Source: Amoebidium appalachense
Taxonomy: Eukaryota > Protista > Ichthyosporea
Direction: 5' to 3'
Length of the DNA: 64,000 nucleotides
Assembly (NCBI GenBank): GCA_963693365.1
Contig: CAVNZM010000007.1
Span: 8,243,962 to 8,307,961 of the forward strand
The notes under the pieces were generated by a model. It was not told where the DNA came from. It searched no databases and saw only the letters and a list, made by a program, of their open reading frames with translations. The position numbers were made by a program, and so were the translations under genes. This document shows positions 40,059-64,000 of this stretch, piece by piece (the stretch's first letter is position 1; every line of letters starts with the position of its first letter).

Positions 40059-40631
40059 TTGATGTAGGGTAACCTTGCTATGTACAAAAATGCAAGACGC
40101 TAGGGGAGGGTGGCAGGTGGCAGGTGGAAGGAAGGCAGGCCGGGTTGGGGGGGGGGGGGGGGGGAGTAAAGTGGTAAATGGAGATGTCAATACTATGTAA
40201 TGATATACACCACGATGGGAGATTGGGAAGGGTGGACGAGGGAAGGTATGGAGGGAGGATAGAGAGAGAGAGAGGGGGGGGGGGGGGGGGGGGGGGGAAG
40301 GGAGGGGGTAGAGAGAGAGAGAGAGAGAGAGGGAGAGAAGGAGAGGAGGGGGGAGACAGAGAGAGGGAGGGAAAGGGGGGGGGGGGAGACAGAGACAAAG
40401 ACAGAGACACACACACACACACAGAGAGAGAGAGAGGAGGGAGAGGAGAACGATGGGTGGGAGGGAGGAGAGAAAGGGATTGAGGGAGAAGGAACACAGA
40501 TTTAGATAAACAGAGAAGAAGAAAAGGGGAAGAAAGTAGAAGAGTGGATCATAAATGTGCAGGGTGGAACAAGCAACGTGACAAGCGGAGGAAGATGTAC
40601 AGCAGTGTGTGTCTGTGTGTGTGTGCTTGAA

Positions 40632-40668
<37 letters not shown>

Positions 40669-41045
40669 GGAAGGGAGGGGAAGGGGGAATCACGACCGAT
40701 TCACACACACACAAACACATCCTTTGCTGTACCTCATCCTCCCAAACATCGAAAAAGGGACTGAAGGGGTGAAGTGCAAGCATCTCAATCGATGGAGGGA
40801 GTGAACGGAGGGAGACACCGAGGGGAAGAGTGCGTGTGTGTCTGTGGGGAGGGGTGGGTTGGGGGGAGCAGGACGAGGTTAAGCTAAGGAGGAAGTGAGG
40901 GATGAAACCTTGAGTGTGCTGGTGATGTTCTCTGTCAGGTGGGTCAGGGCACCACTGTTGTGGCCCCAGATGTTATCCAGGAAGGCCTGTGCAGTGCAAT
41001 GTGGTCAGTAAACTACATAGCCAGGCCTGGTGGGATCACCCCCCC

Positions 41046-41100
<55 letters not shown>

Positions 41101-42215
41101 CCCCCACCCAAAACACACACAAACCCGTACCTACATTCCTCATTTTAGCATTATTCTCCCCATAGCAGCACTCCCTGTATTATTAGTAAAACATCATTAT
41201 AGAATCATGATGTCCAGAGGACCTGAAGAGAACGTGTAAAGGTGTAAAGGTGCTGGTGTGAGTGAATGTGAATAAATGTTGGGAGTTGGTATGTGTGTGT
41301 GTGTGTGTGTGTGTGTGTTGGGGGGGGGGGGGGGGGGGGGAGGGGGAAGAGCGGGGAGGGAGAGGTTATGGGAGGCTGGGATTGTGGGCAGGTTGGGGGG
41401 GGGGGGGGGGGGGAGGGGGGGGGGGAAGAGCGGGGAGGGAGAGGTTATAAGAGGCTGGGATTGTGGGCAGGTGGGGGAGGGGGGGGGGAGAGGGGGAAGA
41501 GCGGGGAGGGAGAGGCTATGGGAGGCTGGGATTGTGGGCAGGTGGGGGAGGGGAGGGGGGGGGGGGGGGGGGGGAAGGATAGGGAGAGAGGCAGAAAATC
41601 TGGGGAGGAAAGGGATCTACAAGAAAAACGGAGGGAGGTTGAGGCATCCGGGCGCGTGGGTGATACACTCGAAAGAATCGTGCCCATCAGGGGAAAGCGA
41701 GGAAGGCGGGAGGGAGGAAGGGAGGCGACGGGGCGGGAAGGGGAGGGGGAGAAGGGGGAAACGGGGGAGGGGGGCTTCACCATGCCGTGGCGCATGTTCA
41801 CGAGGGTGTTTGCAGTCCTCACGATTTCGTCTGCCTTGGGATTGGACAGATCTTTGTGCTCGGCCAAGAACCGTGGGGGCAGAACCTCATCCGAGAGGGC
41901 ACGGCCAATGAAGTGTGCCAGGTGGGTGGGAGCCTCGGGCACATCCAGGGCAAGATCGTCCACAGACGCAAGAAGCAGGTCAAATGCTGTGAGATGGGGA
42001 ATGGTGTGAGCATTAGAGCAAGTGAGAGGAACGATGGCTACATTATTACGATGTTAGCTTTGGAAGAGGGGGAGGGGGAGGGGGGGAGGGGGAGAGGGGG
42101 GCGAGGGGAATGGAATCCCTTGGTGCTCATGGGGTTGGATGGATGGTTAAGTAAGTGGTTGGAAAAGGTGGTGATGAGGGGAAGGGAGGGCAAAGGAGAG
42201 ACAGAGAGAGGGGGG

Positions 42216-42260
<45 letters not shown>

Positions 42261-43679
42261 GGTTGTGGTGGGGTGAGGGGGCGATAGATGAGTTGTGTTG
42301 CCTGAGATAGCGGGAAGACGTCACAGCAAAAGCGAGGGATGCATCTATAGTAATATACATAGACATCTCTACATGGTGCTTTTAAAGCCCTCTCTCTATC
42401 CCCATCTCCCTCCCCCCGTCCTCCCCCCCCCGCCCAAACCCCCTCAAAAAAAGCATCTTTCACGGCTCTGCCCCTGCTCTACCCATCCCTGTGCCCCTGT
42501 CAAACACGCACACCTCTTCCTTCCCCATTGTTTTTTTCCACCAACCCACTACCACTGCGAAAAAAGACCAAAGGTACACATACCTTTAACAAGCAGAGCC
42601 TCCTTCACCGCATCCTCACCATTTTCACCAGCAGTTTGGACACCAGTTCGCGCTCTTTGTTACGCGCCTCCAGTGCCTTTTCAACGGCAATGGCAGCGGC
42701 AGCCACACGGCCCTGGGCGCTCTTATCCACCTCCAGGAAGTTCTCGATGAAATCGTCCATGTCTTGGCTGTTGAAGTACTCAAGCACAAGGGGCTCCAAC
42801 GCCTTGCGGAGCTCCTGTCCAACAAATAACACGTTAGGACGTGACTGATCGTCGTTAAAAGATTACGGTGTAAAGTGGAATGACTAAGGTCAAACAGCAT
42901 CCCTGCTGTTGGCAAATACAGCAAGAGAAACCCAGAAGCAGAATAAGAATGCAGCAAACTGCCTTGCTCACATCCACCGTCTCCCAATGCCCAGTGGGAA
43001 ACAACCCCACAGAACATCAAAACTCAACCTTTTCTCTGGGGCAGACCCAAAAGTTAGCTAAAAAAAAATCGGGAAAATACCAATAAAGAAAATTTACTGA
43101 TACACCTTGGGGATCTCCTCTGGCACGAAGGTCTCGAACTCAACATCGGCATCCACATCAGCGCCAGCATCCTCGTCCCTCAGCAGAGCCTCTTCGGCAG
43201 CAACCGAGGCAGACTTGCCCTTGGCATCCCTGTCGGGACCTAGAGAACAATAAGTTTGAGCGGTTAGGTCAGCAAAAATTGCGAGGCTCTAAGAAACGAA
43301 TTTCTCTAGCGAAAAGGACGAAACTTTAAACGCTGCTTATATGCTGTGCAAGCCTTTTCAGTGGGCCAAAAACAGCATACCGACATAAACAAACGGGATC
43401 ATGAGCCAAAAGACATCGATTGAACCACAGGGCTCGAATCTCACGCACTGTCGAGCAAAGCTGTAAAAAGTGGAGTTGGGCGGGATAGCGGGAGAGAAAG
43501 GGGGGAGGGGGTGGGGAGGGGAGGGGGGGGGGGGGGGGGAAGGAGTACCGGAAGGGGAGGAAAGGGAAGAGGATGGTGGTGTTGGGTGGTGGTGGAGGTG
43601 GGCGGGGGGGAGTGGGGGGGAGGGCGAGGGGAGGAGGTTTTGGGTTAAGCATACCCTGAACGTCGTTGTTTGCTTTCAT
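34779..43679 (-). CDS. PDCD4: Programmed cell death 4 (two MA3 domains), 8 coding exons, apparent 1-nt frameshift in exon 3
   Basis: Exons 43679-43655, 43239-43106, 42814-42584, 41986-41781, 40986-40909, 39612-39537, 38468-38355, 34951-34779. Motifs VLEYFNSQD, ERELVSKLL, DDLALDVPEAPTHLAHFIGRALSDEVLPP, EYLQSGDVKEA, LGVPHFHHEVVYEAV and DIAVDIP. Confidence 0.93.
35847..36242 (-). mobile_element. Family A structured repeat, subfamily A1, long copy (last PDCD4 intron)
   Basis: Highly similar reverse complement of 46284-46662; abuts a G run at 35829-35846. Confidence 0.9.
36826..37005 (-). mobile_element. Family A, subfamily A2, truncated copy between two G runs
   Basis: Near-identical to the first ~180 nt of the copy at 37168; stops at CTCAGATAC followed by G11. 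Confidence 0.9.
37017..37149 (-). mobile_element. Family A, subfamily A1, truncated copy between two G runs
   Basis: Matches 35849-35987 and runs into a G run at the element's own CAGGGAG. Confidence 0.88.
37168..37486 (-). mobile_element. Family A, subfamily A2, long copy
   Basis: 37168-37443 is a near-identical reverse complement of 59550-59827; 37443-37486 resembles the tail of the diverged copy at 37889-38190. Confidence 0.9.
37889..38190 (-). mobile_element. Family A, diverged copy with internal deletion
   Basis: Retains CCATCCTCAG, GTCATCCACAGTACCCGAG, CTTGAACATGGGT and CAGGGTTACTT; G runs on both sides. Confidence 0.75.
41341..41550. repeat. Three tandem copies of a ~55-bp unit separated by G runs
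   Basis: GGGGGAAGAGCGGGGAGGGAGAGG(T/C)TAT(GG/AA)GAGGCTGGGATTGTGGGCAGGT occurs three times. Confidence 0.9.
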
Positions 43680-44583
43680 GGTAGATCCTGTGTCAGAGCT
43701 GTCAAGACTTTTTGCTTTGTTTCTGTGGTTGAACCTTTTCACAGTCCAACCACACAAGTCAGAGTGATGCTTGCTCACAAACACCGGAAAAAGCGCCTGT
43801 GTTAAAAAAAAAAAAAACCGCTCAATGGAAACGCTTCAGTATCTAAGCAGTCAGAAGCTTCAGTTCTCGTTTGTTGGAAAAAACCTTGGCTTGGAGAAAA
43901 CAGAAAAATCGAAGACAGCGGAACAACACTGAAGCGGCATGCGCGCCAAAGCTGCGGATAGTAATACAAGAGCATGACAATATGGAACCCTCAATGTTGC
44001 TAAAAATAAACAATCGAAAAATAAAATCTAAAGCTCAAATTTAGCCACTTACATCTCTGCATTATATACTCCACCTAGAAAGTGATTTACGGTACAAGGT
44101 TAAGGTTAAACCAATCAAAATGGGTTTTGAGCAAAAGAATGAGCTCTGGTAGTAACGGAATAGCTCAAATTAAAGAAACCCTCACGTTCTCTCGGATACT
44201 CCAAGTTAATTAATGGACTGCGGGCCCCGAGGGTAGCCCTTTGGCTATTGCATAGCGCTACAATATTCTTTTCACTTACATTTTTTACCTTTGTTTATTT
44301 TATAATTCTGATTCTGTTTGGAATGAAGTGCTTTTATTTGACATCTTACATTGTTTCAATGGGAATTCGAAGGACACATGTGACTTGGTTTCTTTAACTC
44401 ATGTTTGCGCAATCCCAAACCATTCCTCGCTGTGTAGCCTTTCTGAGTTGTTCGCCACACAAGTTGGGGAAGTTCGGTCCAAGTACTCTAATAGTACTCT
44501 AAGTAGTGGTCAAGAAAGTGGTCATGTTTGCAGGGAGTAATGGGTCATTGAAGTTATGAACTGGGCTACCCCGAGACCAGAAA
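43680..44583. promoter_or_regulatory. Probable bidirectional promoter between PDCD4 and the NFKBIL1-like gene
   Basis: Head-to-head start codons ~0.9 kb apart; AT-rich, free of C/G runs; CCAAT near 44111. Confidence 0.5.
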
Positions 44584-49115
<4,532 letters not shown>

Positions 49116-50295
49116 CGGAGGGAAGAGAGAGATGCGATTGGTGTCGGGGCGGAAATTCGTAGATATGGAATGGGTGTGATGTTGTTTCTTGCTTGAATGG
49201 AGAGGGGCTCTTGTGGATGTGTGGTTTTTTATGCAAAATCACTCGTGTACGTCATTTAGTTCGTACGTTATTATGTGAAGACAGCAGTAGGCTGTTTTTA
49301 CTGGTGAGATACGTGTTTCAGAATGTGTCGTCGTATAATTGATATTGCATGTATGGATTACGTTGTTGGCTCGTGTTAAACTGGCACCTATTATTCAACG
49401 CTTACCGTAGGGTTTAAAATGTTTTGCATGTGATAACGGGAGAAATGAATGCTTATATGGAGAAAGTCAAAAGCCTGAATGAATGCACATATGGGGACAC
49501 TTGAAAGCCTGGAGCAAACCCTCTTCTGTGAAACATGTATCTACGTATCTACGCCTACCCCCCCTACATATCTAACACCAGGGCTTCTGGTATCCCCTAG
49601 CTTGACGTGGCTCATTAAATTTTGATAGTCGGAGGAGAGGAGGGGAGAGAGGGTTGATCTCGAGCTCGAGGTTGGGGGGGAGATGGCAGGGGGCCGGGAA
49701 GGGGGGATAGAATTCGGCTCTAACTTGGGGGGTGAGGGAAGGAGAGTCGAAGGCCAGATTTGGGAGTGCAGATCCGGAAGGGAAATCGAGGTGAGAGGCC
49801 CTGGGAGGCTTCGAAGGGGAAATTGGATTCATGCTGAGTCCTACTAACAATGTAATGGGGGTTGCCGGGTGGGTGGGTGGCCATCATCGGGTGGGTGTGT
49901 GTGTGTGTGTGTGTTTGGGGGGGGGGGGGGGGGAGGGGGGGGGGGCGGCCGGGAGGAAGGGCCCGAAGGGGGCGGGGTGGAAAGGGGGAATTGAAGGGAG
50001 CCCCAAAAGCACACACACGTACAAACGCACAGAGGACAACCACATGCACGTGTATATATTACGGTAGCACACACATACACACACGTGCGCACATTAACAC
50101 ACATTCCCTGGCCCACACCCAAACACCCTGACACACACACACCTACACACACACAACGTACCTGCACACGTGTACACAGAACCGTATTATTCGGTCATGT
50201 AGGCTGTTGCAGATTGATGTGGGCCTAGTGTAGGATAACAGGTCACAGGACACTGAAGTTCAGGGGGAGAGAGAGCCTGGAAGGGAGGGTGCCCG

Positions 50296-50339
<44 letters not shown>

Positions 50340-50709
50340 AATCAAGTGTGCGCGAATGATTGGATAAATAAGTTGGCGTTTGTTTGCATTCATTGGTAGC
50401 TGCGTTACCAGGGCATTGATTTGGGATCTTGCAAAAATCACCGTTGAATGATAAAAGAAGACCAAATAAGTTCATCAAAAGCCCCACATTAAGCTTCGCA
50501 TTTCGCAAACCCCATTTATATCTTGATGACAATACGCAATTTTCCGTTTTTCTAAAACATCAAACTTGATACGAAATCCGACATAATATGGGCTGGCGCC
50601 GCCCAAAACCGAAACGAAAAGTATAGCCGTGTATGCATACGTACCGTAACTATTAGGGGCTGGGCAATTTCGAGGGAAAGCTCTTACACGGGTTTGCGAA
50701 GAGGTGAAA

Positions 50710-63772
<13,063 letters not shown>

Positions 63773-63797
63773 GTATGCAACCAACTACTAATCCCCC

Positions 63798-63835
<38 letters not shown>

Positions 63836-63934
63836 ACCCACCCAAACACACACACACACCCTTCTCCCCACCACCACCACCACCACCAAAGAGAAGGGGG
63901 AAAAAACACACGCAAACACCCGTACACCGAGTCC

Positions 63935-63966
<32 letters not shown>

Positions 63967-64000
63967 CTGCCTCCCCTCCCCCTCCCCCACCCCCCACCCC

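Noticed and set aside
42301-42345. Micro-exon with in-frame TGA (selenocysteine or readthrough) rescuing PDCD4
   Set aside because: It needs a weak GC donor and fits MA3 poorly; a single-base indel in exon 3 explains the data better.

Overview
Eukaryotic genomic DNA: canonical GT-AG introns, standard code, and very dense poly(C)/poly(G), (CA)n and (GA)n tracts. Almost all ORFs in the supplied track are artefacts of these repeats. I reconstructed four spliced genes by hand with consistent exon phases: ADSS/purA (-, runs off the left edge), PDCD4 (-, one apparent 1-nt frameshift), an NFKBIL1-like ankyrin gene (+) and TM9SF1 (+, runs off the right edge). Four intronless genes lie between 5.9 and 30.7 kb: a carnosine-synthase-like ATP-grasp ligase, a secreted EGF-domain tyrosinase, a small type I membrane protein and a possible adaptor. 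The gene set suggests an opisthokont, possibly a unicellular holozoan (inference only). The most unusual signal is non-coding. A ~300-400 nt repeat family ('family A', roughly 20 intact, truncated or decayed copies) folds on one strand into a multi-stem structure with a pseudoknot, and its subfamilies show compensatory base changes. It ends in a poly(C) run, is variably truncated at the other end, stacks head-to-tail, and every intronic copy I could orient is sense to the host gene. Also present: a 499-bp element with terminal inverted repeats (TIRs) and a 6-bp target-site duplication (TSD), filled with ~20 palindromes; two tandem TTAA (piggyBac-type) MITEs; and a small two-hairpin repeat. All alignments and folds were done by eye.
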